DNA of 64,000 nucleotides from Phycisphaerae bacterium (GCA_012729815.1 JAAYCJ010000133.1:3956-67955); one strand, 5' to 3'; counted from the stretch's first letter, positions 28,901 to 36,973 are shown. Made by a program: numbers and translations. Notes: generated by a model not told the origin, from the letters alone.

Positions 28901-30727
28901 ATGCGCAAGTTCGAGGTGGAGCTGAAGGTGCTTCAGGGTTTGACCTCGACGGTGCACGCGGCCGACGTTTCGCGGTTCGGCACGATCATGGCGGCGATGG
29001 CGATGGGCATTTCGACCATGCGTCGGCGTCCGCTGCGGACGGCGCTGACCGCGGTGACGATTATCCTGCTGACCTTCACGATCCTGTGCTTTGCCTCGTT
29101 CGGAACGGAGAAGGGGATCATCACGCTGTTCGTGATGCCCACGCCGGGCTATTCGGGCGCGTTCATGCACCACGTGAACTGGCGCGAGATGAACCCGGAG
29201 GTCCAGGACGTGCTGATGGGGCGGTGGGGCAAGAGCGCCACCGTGTGTCGGCGCTATTGGCTTTCTCCGGAGGCTGAGAACCAGGTGACCGGGCCGCTGG
29301 TCTCGCGCGAGGACGGGACCGAGGTGGTGGCGTTGCGGGGCGTGTTGGGGCTTGACGATCGCGAGTTGGCGCACCGCGAGGATTTGACCGAGCTGCTGGG
29401 CGTCCAGGAGATGGGCGAGCGGGTCTGGATGACGCAGGCGGTGGCCGAGCGGCTGAAGGTCGCGCCGGGCGATCACGTTCTGATCGGCGGACAGCGGCTG
29501 GAGGTGGGCAAGCTGCTGGACCCGGTCAAGGTGTCGATCACCCGCGACATGGACGACAGCGATATTCTGCCCGTCGACCTGGTGGAGCTCAAGAGCACCA
29601 CCACGGAGGATATGGACGAGATGGTCAAGGAAGACCCGCTGATCATCCAGTACCGCCAGAACTGGTCCACGCTGCCGATCGACTCAGTGGTGATTACGGG
29701 GAACGCAGCGGCGATGCGGATGGGGGCGTCGCTGCGGGCGATTTCGCTGTACACCGCGAACCCGAAGGCGGCGATCGAGGCGGCTGAGGACCTGGCGCGG
29801 ATCATGCCGATCCCGGTCAGCGCCACCCGGCAGGACGGGGTCTATCGGCACCTGCTGGGTCCGGTGGTCGAGGCGAGCGGGGCCAAGGACCTGCTGTTCC
29901 CGATCCTGCTGGGCGGTCTGGTGATCTTCGGGACGATGCTGGGATCGGTCGCCGACCGCGAGAAGGAAATCTACACTTTCAGCGCCCTGGGTCTGGCGCC
30001 GCCGCACGTGGCGGGCCTGTTCTTTGCCGAGGCGATGGTCTATTCGGTGATCGGCGGGCTTGGCGGGTACATGCTGGCCCAGGGGTCGCTCAAGATTCTC
30101 TCGGTGCTGGCCGGCTATGGTCTGGTCCGCGTGCCGGAGATGAACTACTCGTCGACCAACGCGGTGGTGACCATCCTGATCGTAATGTGCACGGTGCTGA
30201 TCTCGGCGATCTACCCGGCGATCAAGGCGTCTCGCAGCGCCAACCCGGGCATCCTGCGTTCGTGGCGGCTGCCGAGCCCGGACGGCGACGTCTTTGACAT
30301 TGTGTTTCCGTTCACCGTGTCGGAATACGACATTACCGGCGTGGTCAGCTTCCTCAAAGAACACTTCGACAACTACAGCGACACCGGGCTGGGCGTATTC
30401 ATGGCGCGGGGCACCGCACTGGTGCGCCGCAACGGCAGCCTGGGTTTGAGCAGCGAGGTGGCGCTGGCTCCGTTCGACCTGGGAGTCACCCAGCGGTTCG
30501 AGCTGTCCAGTGCGCCCAGCGAGATTCAGGGGATCGACGAGGTCAAGATCCGGCTCGTCCGCAAGTCGGGCCAGCCGAAGGACTGGCGGCGGCTCAACAA
30601 GGTGCTGCTCGACGACCTGCGCAAGCAGTTCCTGATCTGGCGGTCGCTGCCTCACGAGACGATGGAGATGTACCGCCACCGGGTGCTGGCGGAGTTGGGA
30701 ACAAGCGGCGGCGCGGCGAGGAGTTGA
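25901..30727 (+). CDS. 1608-aa fusion: signal peptide, degenerate M28/PA peptidase-like domain, coiled coil, 3 TM, FtsX-type permease module, cytoplasmic C-terminal domain
   Basis: ATG 25901 lies 5 nt after the ATPase stop. An M28-like scaffold is present (GRNVFGFFRG, VLVAAANLDSFG, SPGARGAANCAG, VAFLDAQARGHMGS). The coiled coil has heptad-like character (LERKAEEHAYDLTDRLAGLREQRQALEND...). The FtsX block is VADREKEIYTFSALGL...AIYPAIKASRSANPG. Confidence 0.85.
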   Translation: MRKTTNTNGTLSRSAAIAVAIALSVIPVARGRADVAQFQKDCAELTASPHRLTGTKEYRQAAEYVRGRLEGIGADAVVVQEFPAAQTRTNRCEIQIAGGEDGGTRRLELFAIRPNGIVPPVTPEGGITGPILHAGTGRPEHYGTRSPRGCIVVLDYNSGREWLRAFRLGAKAVIFVREGDLRASESHVLSADTNLLRFYYNGSRQDLPEGAKATIHSEVVWERVAGRNVFGFFRGTDPRFAMGADEVLVAAANLDSFGEAPQISPGARGAANCAGLLAFAEHIKTNRPRRHVLVAFLDAQARGHMGSCAFYRALDKRHAKVTTEARQGYLDRERSFLTAIEKVLAQAEPLQAVAPSAVRGELTERLERKAEEHAYDLTDRLAGLREQRQALENDSPKYQEIQARIDEAEQRKDEWNDVRRALLDTKAPVAQNLRDEFDQVFDEVREDIRIRMVQLDFDEGGLDADVRLNELIGDDWICLHTSFLFGDATARWGLLIGGDSYFHSDKDNPGLYSSVQRDFLAACDGLKAGGREIGSFERASADGMLSAPRLLLTAPFLIHSGEIAGRMGIYNLALGTVQEDLSREGTPDDTLDRLDLARMASQIGEASELLGAVASEEGLSQHRSVAQERGYIWPQFSGNRAEGAMAMGKPPGSSMPTKPMTGAVVKLPPQPGARYMYQPCKSYGFDNFQVMLTDQNGCYAFGPIIDLALLPSGMALMFDSRGLPTYASTQESAIEAQTRLEMFPCRWGRVLLPPLLEILEAKPLDGMGNSLLDPSKSFFATSDGVVFWYCEDKVRSVKVFGERSQALFVNGPESLEGNYRDLIKDDQYLGDGLPTDDPWMTVDASRRFSSDLWRLNEARLAVLRSRDIMNSSIEELHGRSEDLMTAAEGTEPIEVGEALAASCGMAELPVYVDTRKTLDDLVRAVLVLLALSVPFAFALERLLIGSTNVYRQILWFVFIFTLTFLVLFFTHPAFAVSKTPIIIFLGFAVVVLSSLVIFIIMRKFEVELKVLQGLTSTVHAADVSRFGTIMAAMAMGISTMRRRPLRTALTAVTIILLTFTILCFASFGTEKGIITLFVMPTPGYSGAFMHHVNWREMNPEVQDVLMGRWGKSATVCRRYWLSPEAENQVTGPLVSREDGTEVVALRGVLGLDDRELAHREDLTELLGVQEMGERVWMTQAVAERLKVAPGDHVLIGGQRLEVGKLLDPVKVSITRDMDDSDILPVDLVELKSTTTEDMDEMVKEDPLIIQYRQNWSTLPIDSVVITGNAAAMRMGASLRAISLYTANPKAAIEAAEDLARIMPIPVSATRQDGVYRHLLGPVVEASGAKDLLFPILLGGLVIFGTMLGSVADREKEIYTFSALGLAPPHVAGLFFAEAMVYSVIGGLGGYMLAQGSLKILSVLAGYGLVRVPEMNYSSTNAVVTILIVMCTVLISAIYPAIKASRSANPGILRSWRLPSPDGDVFDIVFPFTVSEYDITGVVSFLKEHFDNYSDTGLGVFMARGTALVRRNGSLGLSSEVALAPFDLGVTQRFELSSAPSEIQGIDEVKIRLVRKSGQPKDWRRLNKVLLDDLRKQFLIWRSLPHETMEMYRHRVLAELGTSGGAARS

Positions 30728-30756
30728 CGGCGCGATTGCAGTGAGGCCTTCAGGCA

Positions 30757-32766
30757 ATGGCAAAGGAACGCATCGATAGGGAACTGGAAGAGTTTCGCGG
30801 GGTCATGCAGGCCCCGTCCACCTTCGAGGACGGCTTTAACTGGTCGTCGTTCCTCGGCGCGTTGTTCATCGGGTTCCTGATGGTGCCCGGTGCGATGTAC
30901 ATGGCCCTGCTGGCCGGGCAGGGGATCGGGCCGGCCGCCCAGTGGGTGACGGTGATCCTGTTCATCGAGGTCGCGCGTCGGGCCCACCGGCAGCTCAAAG
31001 GGGCTGAGGTGTTCGTGCTGTTCTTCATGGCCGGGGCGATGATGCTCAGCGTGGGCATGGGCGGCCAGATTCAGGGTCTCTTGTGGAATCAGTTCTACGT
31101 TCGCAGCGACTCGGCGATCAACATGGGCATCGCTGAATTGCTGCCCACCTGGTTCGCTCCCGCAGCGGATTCGCCGTCATACGCGTCGCGGACGTTTTTC
31201 CACTGGGACTGGCTGCCCGCGATCGGATTGTTGATTTTCGGGGCGTTTTTCGGGCAGCTTAACAACATGGTGCTGGGTTACGGGTTGTTCCGGCTGACCA
31301 GCGACATTGAAAAGCTGCCGTTCCCGATGGCCCCGATCGGGGCCCAGGGCATTCTGGCCCTGGCTGAGGACATTGACGAGAAGGCTGAGAAGGGATCCGA
31401 GGGCAACTGGCGATGGCGGGTGTTCGCGATCGGTGGGGCGTTGGGGTTGGCGTTCGGCGCGGTCTACCTGCTGCTTCCGACGCTGACCGGCGCGCTGACC
31501 GGCGAGCCGATCATGATCTTCCCGATCCCGTGGAGCGATTTTACGACCAAGACGGCCGACTGGCTGCCCGCGGTGGCGACCGGCATGAGCTGGGACTTCG
31601 GCCAGCTCATCACCGGCATGGTGCTGCCGTTCTTCGGGATGCTCGGCAGCTTCATCGCCCTGGTGGCGACGTTCGTGGTCAACCCGATCCTGCACCACCC
31701 GGACATCCGGATTCTCCACTCGTGGACGCGGGACCAAGGGACGATCGAGACGCTGTTCGTCAACAACGTGGACTTCTACTTCAGCTTCGGGATCGGCATT
31801 TCCATCGCGATCGCGGGGGCCGGTTTCTGGGAAGTCTACAAAGGGATCAAGCGACGCCGTCGCGAGGCCCGGGAACAGGGCGTCTCGGTCCGACAAGCCT
31901 CCGCCGTGCCGAAGGGCCGCGGCGACATCAAGGGGTGGCTGATCGTCGCGTCATACATCATCGTGACCATGGCGTACATCATCGTCTCGGGCTTCCTGAT
32001 CGACTGGCATCCGTGGGTGATGGTGGTGCTGTTCTTCCTCGGTTTCGTCTACACGCCGCTGATCAGCTACGTGACCGCCCGTCTTGAGGGCATGGTCGGG
32101 CAGGTGGTCGAAATTCCGATGATCCGCGAGGCCAGCCTGATTCTCAGCGGGTACCAGGGCGTGGCGGTATGGTTCATACCGATTCCGATGGCCAACTACG
32201 GGTCGATGACGGTCTTCTACCGCCAGTGCGAGTTGACCGGGACCAAGTTCACCAGCATCTGGAAGGCCCAGATCATCCTCTACCCGATCATCCTGCTGAC
32301 CTCGATCTTCTTCGCCAACTTCATCTGGGGTCTGGCTGAGGTGCCTTCGGCGGTGTATCCCTTCGCCCAGGAATGGTGGGAACTCGACGCCGCCAATCGC
32401 AGCATCATGTACTCCTCGACGCTGGGCGATTTCTCGATCTTCGAGGAGGCGTTCAAGGGTTGGTACGTGGCGGCCGGGGCGGGATTTGGCTTGAGTCTCT
32501 TCGCCGTGATGACGTTCTTCGGAACGCCGGTGTTCTTCATCTACGGCTTTATCCGCGGCCTGGGCCAGGCGATGCCGCACGCCATCATTCCGCAGTTCAT
32601 CGGGGCGTTGATCGGACGCTACTATTTCCAGCGGAAGCTGGGACTCAAGTGGCGGCAGTACATCCCGGTGGTGGCGGCGGGTTTCTTCTGCGGGCAGGGG
32701 CTGATCACCACCGTCGGCGTGGGCATCACGTTCCTCAGCAAGGCCGTCATTCAAATGCCGTTCTAG
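30757..32766 (+). CDS. polytopic membrane protein, OPT-superfamily-like, paralogous to 19843-21891
   Basis: 669 aa with many hydrophobic segments. It has an EKLPFP motif. Its C-terminal block QFIGALIGRYYFQRKLGLKWRQYIPVVAAGFFCGQGL parallels the other copy. Confidence 0.75.
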   Translation: MAKERIDRELEEFRGVMQAPSTFEDGFNWSSFLGALFIGFLMVPGAMYMALLAGQGIGPAAQWVTVILFIEVARRAHRQLKGAEVFVLFFMAGAMMLSVGMGGQIQGLLWNQFYVRSDSAINMGIAELLPTWFAPAADSPSYASRTFFHWDWLPAIGLLIFGAFFGQLNNMVLGYGLFRLTSDIEKLPFPMAPIGAQGILALAEDIDEKAEKGSEGNWRWRVFAIGGALGLAFGAVYLLLPTLTGALTGEPIMIFPIPWSDFTTKTADWLPAVATGMSWDFGQLITGMVLPFFGMLGSFIALVATFVVNPILHHPDIRILHSWTRDQGTIETLFVNNVDFYFSFGIGISIAIAGAGFWEVYKGIKRRRREAREQGVSVRQASAVPKGRGDIKGWLIVASYIIVTMAYIIVSGFLIDWHPWVMVVLFFLGFVYTPLISYVTARLEGMVGQVVEIPMIREASLILSGYQGVAVWFIPIPMANYGSMTVFYRQCELTGTKFTSIWKAQIILYPIILLTSIFFANFIWGLAEVPSAVYPFAQEWWELDAANRSIMYSSTLGDFSIFEEAFKGWYVAAGAGFGLSLFAVMTFFGTPVFFIYGFIRGLGQAMPHAIIPQFIGALIGRYYFQRKLGLKWRQYIPVVAAGFFCGQGLITTVGVGITFLSKAVIQMPF

Positions 32767-32778
32767 ACGGATAGCGTA

Positions 32779-33504
32779 ATGAGCGACGAAAATCTGATCG
32801 AAATCCGGAACCTGAACAAGACCTTCAACCTCGGCAAGATCGTGGTCCGAGCCCTGAAGGACGTGAGCCTCGACATCTTTCGCGGCGAGTACCTCTCGAT
32901 CATGGGGCCTTCCGGTTCCGGCAAGAGCACGCTGTTCAACATGATCGGGGCCCTGGATCGTCCCAGCAGCGGACAGGTTACGGTGGCTGGGGTGGACCTG
33001 ACCAAGCTCACCAGCCGGCAACTGGCTTACTTCCGCGGCAACCACATCGGCTACATCTTCCAGACGTTCAACCTGATCCCCGCCTATAACGCCATCGACA
33101 ACGTGGCGCTGCCCATGATCTTCAGCGGCAGGAGTTATGACGAGGCGGTCGAGCGGGCCAAGGAGGTCCTGGCCCAGGTGGGCCTCGGCCATCGCGTCAC
33201 CCACCGGCCGGACGAGCTGTCGGGCGGCCAGCAGCAGCGGGTGGCCATCGCCCGGGCCCTGGCCAATCAGCCGGCCATCATCCTCGCCGACGAGCCCACC
33301 GGCAACCTCGACCTGCACACCGGCGAGGAGATCATCGGCCTGCTCAAGCAGCTCAGCCGCGAGACCGGCGTGACCGTCATCACCGCCACGCACGACCATA
33401 AGATGCTCGACATCTCCGATCGCATCCTCTGGATCAAGGACGGAGCGATCGACCGCCTCGAACGCCGCGAAGATGTCAACATCCGCCTCGGCACGGTGAA
33501 ATGA
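32779..33504 (+). CDS. ABC transporter ATP-binding protein (MacB/LolD class), paralogue of 25050-25895
   Basis: It carries [23 protein letters not shown] and [12 protein letters not shown]. Its tail [31 protein letters not shown] is very close to HDHRMLDICDRLMWIRDGQIERIARRDEVHI in the first ATPase. Confidence 0.9.
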   Translation: MSDENLIEIRNLNKTFNLGKIVVRALKDVSLDIFRGEYLSIMGPSGSGKSTLFNMIGALDRPSSGQVTVAGVDLTKLTSRQLAYFRGNHIGYIFQTFNLIPAYNAIDNVALPMIFSGRSYDEAVERAKEVLAQVGLGHRVTHRPDELSGGQQQRVAIARALANQPAIILADEPTGNLDLHTGEEIIGLLKQLSRETGVTVITATHDHKMLDISDRILWIKDGAIDRLERREDVNIRLGTVK

Positions 33505-33544
33505 CGCCCGCGTAGCCGGCTCAGCCTGTCCGGCGCAGAGAGAA

Positions 33545-33579
33545 GCCGGACCGGCCCAACGACGGCGGACCGGTCCGGC
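33545..33579. terminator. 10-bp GC stem-loop between convergent genes (candidate bidirectional terminator)
   Basis: GCCGGACCGG (33545-33554) and CCGGTCCGGC (33570-33579) are exact reverse complements around a 15-nt loop. On the minus strand the stem is followed by UUCUCUCU. There is no U-tract on the plus strand. Confidence 0.3.
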
Positions 33580-33599
33580 GTTACGCTCGGCGATGCGTC

Positions 33600-34757
33600 T
33601 CAGTACCTGAACACCGCGGCGATGCGGTGGCCGTTGTTCAGCTTGCCCGGATCCACCGCGTAGACCGTTCCGTTGTTCAGAAGCGTGTACATGGCGGCCA
33701 GGTCGGCCAGGTCTTCGTCGCCGCGGGCCGGCTTCTCGTGCAGTTCGACGGTTCCGGCCTGCGGGTCGAAGCGTCCCCACTGTTGATGGTTCGGGGCCAG
33801 GAACAGGTACTGGTTTCTGGCCTGTAGGGCGGCCGGCAGCACGGTGCTGATGTCGGTCGAGGCCCGTTCGGTGCCGGCCAGCCGGCCGTACTGGCCGATG
33901 GCGTCATCGAGTCCCTGGGTGAAGATCGGCTCGACGATCTGCCAGGCCCGCTCGTGAAGCTGTCTGGCCGAGAGCTTGTCGGGACTGCCCGCGATCCCTT
34001 CCGGCACCAGGTGCGGGTACGAGTTGGCCTCGCGGTAGATCGCCTGCAGGTATTCGACTCCGGCGATCACCAGCGGGGCCTTGTCCGTCGCGAACATCTT
34101 CTGCAGGCCGCGGTCGATCGCCTGGACGTACCGCAGCAGATCCTTCTTGTGCTTGGCGTCGTCGATGCCGCTGCCGTGGCCGTGGTATATAGCGTCTCCA
34201 GTGCCCGCGCGGGCTTGCGGAGCGGTGTGGAACTGGAGCTGCTTTTCCGCCACGTCGAACCGCAGCACCTCGGCCAGGCTGGCCGGCAGTTCGTCGGCCC
34301 GCAGTTCACGAACGCTGTAGCGGGTGCCTTGCAGGATCCGCGTCCCGTTCTGGCTCATCGCCAGCACGTAGAACCGCCCGTCGCCGGTGAACAGCGGCAT
34401 CAGGGGCTTAAGGTGCAGGTGCGAACCGGCAATCACGACCTCGCGAAAACTCAGCGGCAACCGGTAGTGCCGATAGAAGCCCGGACAGACGAAGATGGCC
34501 AGCCCGTCGCTCTGGTGCCGCCAGAAGATGCTGTCGAGCAACAGGTCCGAGGCGGGCTTCAGCAGCGATCCGGCCTTCTCGGCCGCCATGCCCATTTCCT
34601 GAAGCTGTCCCTCCGCCCGTCGCAGCAGATTCTTCAGGCGGATCGGGTCCTCCTGCGTCTCCTGCCCCGCCTCATGCGTCGGCATGTAGATTGAGACGCA
34701 CGGAGATTCGGCCTGCTCGATCAGTGTCTTGAGTTCGTCGATCTGCAACAGATTCAT
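33600..34757 (-). CDS. bacterial archaeo-eukaryotic release-factor-like (baeRF-family-like) protein
   Basis: The N-terminus LKTLIEQAESPCVSIYMPTHEAGQETQEDPIRLKNLLRRAEGQL matches my memory of the baeRF-type family signature. The 385-aa length fits eRF1 middle plus C domains. No GGQ motif is present. The assignment is from memory and was not searched. Confidence 0.55.
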   Translation of the reverse strand: MNLLQIDELKTLIEQAESPCVSIYMPTHEAGQETQEDPIRLKNLLRRAEGQLQEMGMAAEKAGSLLKPASDLLLDSIFWRHQSDGLAIFVCPGFYRHYRLPLSFREVVIAGSHLHLKPLMPLFTGDGRFYVLAMSQNGTRILQGTRYSVRELRADELPASLAEVLRFDVAEKQLQFHTAPQARAGTGDAIYHGHGSGIDDAKHKKDLLRYVQAIDRGLQKMFATDKAPLVIAGVEYLQAIYREANSYPHLVPEGIAGSPDKLSARQLHERAWQIVEPIFTQGLDDAIGQYGRLAGTERASTDISTVLPAALQARNQYLFLAPNHQQWGRFDPQAGTVELHEKPARGDEDLADLAAMYTLLNNGTVYAVDPGKLNNGHRIAAVFRY

Positions 34758-35148
34758 GGTATGACCCCTCGAAAAGATGGATTAACCGGTCTTTGAGCAA
34801 AGACCTTTCGATACCATACCGTCTGGCGCGTCCGATGTGTACCGTACCATTCCCCACGACACCAATTATATCCGATGTGGACGCCGTCTTGCAAGCGAAT
34901 GACCCACGGCAATCGCATTCGTCGTCTGCGGACGGGTCGCGGGTCAAGTGCCTGTTATTGAATTTCAGTGCCACCCTTTCGCCGGCCATCGATACGCCGC
35001 AGGAGGGACGCGGGAATGTGCGGTTCCCGTAGACGCCCAAGCCGTTCTCCGAATCCGGAACGTCGGATGCGAGTTGCTTGAGATTCCACCTCAGACGGCT
35101 AAGAATTGGGCGTGGAGGTGAAGTCCGTACTCTGAAAGGGGGCCTTCC

Positions 35149-35583
35149 ATGACGCTCAAGACCCACGAGATTTTCGAATCCACGCTGCAGAAGACGCACC
35201 ACTGGCTCGAGGATATCCGCCGACAGATGGATTGGGAGGACGAGCAGCGGGCGTACGTGGCGCTGCGGGCGGTGTTGCACACGCTTCGCGACCGCCTGAC
35301 CGTCGATGAGGCGGTGCACCTGGGCGCCCAACTTCCCATGCTGATCCGCGGCCTGTACTACGAGGGCTGGACGCCCGCGGACAAGCCGGTCAAGATCCGC
35401 GACGTGGACGAATTCGCCGGCGTCGTGGCCGATTACTTCGTCAACTACCCTGACATCGACGGCAAATGCATCTGCAGCGCCGTGTTCGGGGTGATCGGGA
35501 ATCGCATCTCCGAGGGCGAAGTCGAGGACGTGGTCAACATGCTGCCCAAGGAAATCCAGCAGCTCTGGCCGCGGAAAGTCTGA
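35149..35583 (+). CDS. DUF2267-family protein
   Basis: FESTLQKTHHWLEDIRRQMDWEDEQRAYVALRAVLHTLRDRLTVDEAVHLGAQLPMLIRGLYYEGW is the characteristic DUF2267 pattern. Confidence 0.8.
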   Translation: MTLKTHEIFESTLQKTHHWLEDIRRQMDWEDEQRAYVALRAVLHTLRDRLTVDEAVHLGAQLPMLIRGLYYEGWTPADKPVKIRDVDEFAGVVADYFVNYPDIDGKCICSAVFGVIGNRISEGEVEDVVNMLPKEIQQLWPRKV

Positions 35584-35661
35584 CCGGCCGAGTTGGGCAA
35601 AAGCATCTCGGACCAAACGTGCAGCCAAACGGCGACGCGGACCGTTGACGATGTGGTGCGT

Positions 35662-36822
35662 CTATTCCTCTTCGTCTCGCCCGAGCCTCTCGCCTTCACC
35701 CTCCAGGTCCATCTTGATCGAGAGGAACCGCAGCATGTCCTTCAACGCGATCACCCCGACCAGCCGATCGCCTTCGACGACCATCAAGCGGCTCTTGCCG
35801 GTCTGATTCATCTTCGAGAGCGCCTGCACAGCGTCGGCGTCGGGCGGAATGGTGTTCTCTTCGAGGCATGACTCGGCCAGTTCGTCAACCCGATGCTCCG
35901 ACCACTCCTCGCGCGGCACCTGGCGGATCTGCGATGAGTTGACGCAGCCGACCAGATGGCCGTCGCGGGTCACCGGGAACATCTTGTAGTGGTGGCGGTA
36001 GAAGTAGTTCTCCACCAGGTCCTTGGTGGTGATGTCCGGCGAGACGGTCACCGGGTCGGCCTTCATGAACCGCCGCACCTCCTCGCCCTCAAAGGCTTTG
36101 CGCACCAGGAGCTGGCGGTAGGACATCTGGGCGGCCGAGCGGACGAACATCCCGATCAGGAACCACCAGACCCCCCCGATGAAGTTGCCGCTGATGAAAA
36201 ACAGCACGCCCATCACGATCAGGAAGATGCCGAAACCCGAGCCGATCTGCGACGAAATGCGGGTGGCCCACCGCAGGTTGCGCTTGGCCGCCCAGAGGAT
36301 CGACCGCAGGATGCGGCCGCCGTCCAGCGGAAACGCCGGCACGAGGTTGAACCCCGCCAGTATCCAGTTCAGCACCGCCAGGTAGATCAGCACGCCGTTG
36401 ACCGGTTCCGGCCAGTTGGCCGCCTGACCGCCCAGGTAAACACCGTAGCAGGCCAGGCCGATCACGACGCTCGAGATCGGGCCGACCACCGCCATGAAGA
36501 ACTCGCCTCTGGGCGTAGTCGGTTCCTCCGTCATCTCAGCCACACCGCCGAAAATAAAGAGCGTGATCCCCTTCATCGACATGCCGTAGCGCCGGGCCAC
36601 CAGCGAATGGCTCATCTCATGGAACACGATAGAGAAGAACAGGCCCAGCGCTCCGGCCAGACCCATCCACCAGTACGTCGCGGTGGAAAAACCCTCGAAC
36701 CACATCGGGAACAGCCCAGCCGCCAGCGACCAGGTCACCAGCACCGCCAGAATCAACCAGCTCAGGTCGAGGCTCACTTTGAAACCGAACAGGGTGAAAA
36801 GATGAATCCCTCTTCCGAACAT
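35662..36822 (-). CDS. site-2 (M50) family membrane metalloprotease with C-terminal CBS pair
   Basis: The zinc motif is HEMSHSLVARRYG (HExxH), the second site is FNLVPAFPLDGGR, and there are multiple TM segments. The C-terminal CBS-like tandem includes PVTVSPDITTKDLV and LMVVEGDRLVGVIALKDMLRFL. Confidence 0.9.
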   Translation of the reverse strand: MFGRGIHLFTLFGFKVSLDLSWLILAVLVTWSLAAGLFPMWFEGFSTATYWWMGLAGALGLFFSIVFHEMSHSLVARRYGMSMKGITLFIFGGVAEMTEEPTTPRGEFFMAVVGPISSVVIGLACYGVYLGGQAANWPEPVNGVLIYLAVLNWILAGFNLVPAFPLDGGRILRSILWAAKRNLRWATRISSQIGSGFGIFLIVMGVLFFISGNFIGGVWWFLIGMFVRSAAQMSYRQLLVRKAFEGEEVRRFMKADPVTVSPDITTKDLVENYFYRHHYKMFPVTRDGHLVGCVNSSQIRQVPREEWSEHRVDELAESCLEENTIPPDADAVQALSKMNQTGKSRLMVVEGDRLVGVIALKDMLRFLSIKMDLEGEGERLGRDEEE

Positions 36823-36973
36823 GGCGTTCCTCCCGCTTCTCGAAAGGCAGCTTGGCCCCCTTGAAAATCATCAGCGTAACGCGATCCCCATTAACACAAT
36901 ACGCCAGGCGCAGCCAAAAAGCAAGACAAACCCCACATCGCTGCGGTCCGGCGGCCGCGAAACGACTTTTTCC

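Noticed and set aside
36861-36893. Sigma32-like boxes (CCCTTGAAA ... CCCCATTA) upstream of hsp20.
   Set aside because: Both boxes resemble the E. coli heat-shock promoter consensus, but the spacer between TTGAAA and CCCCAT is 19 nt instead of about 13-15. The element also sits about 135 nt upstream of the start codon. I kept it only as a curiosity; TSS mapping would be needed.
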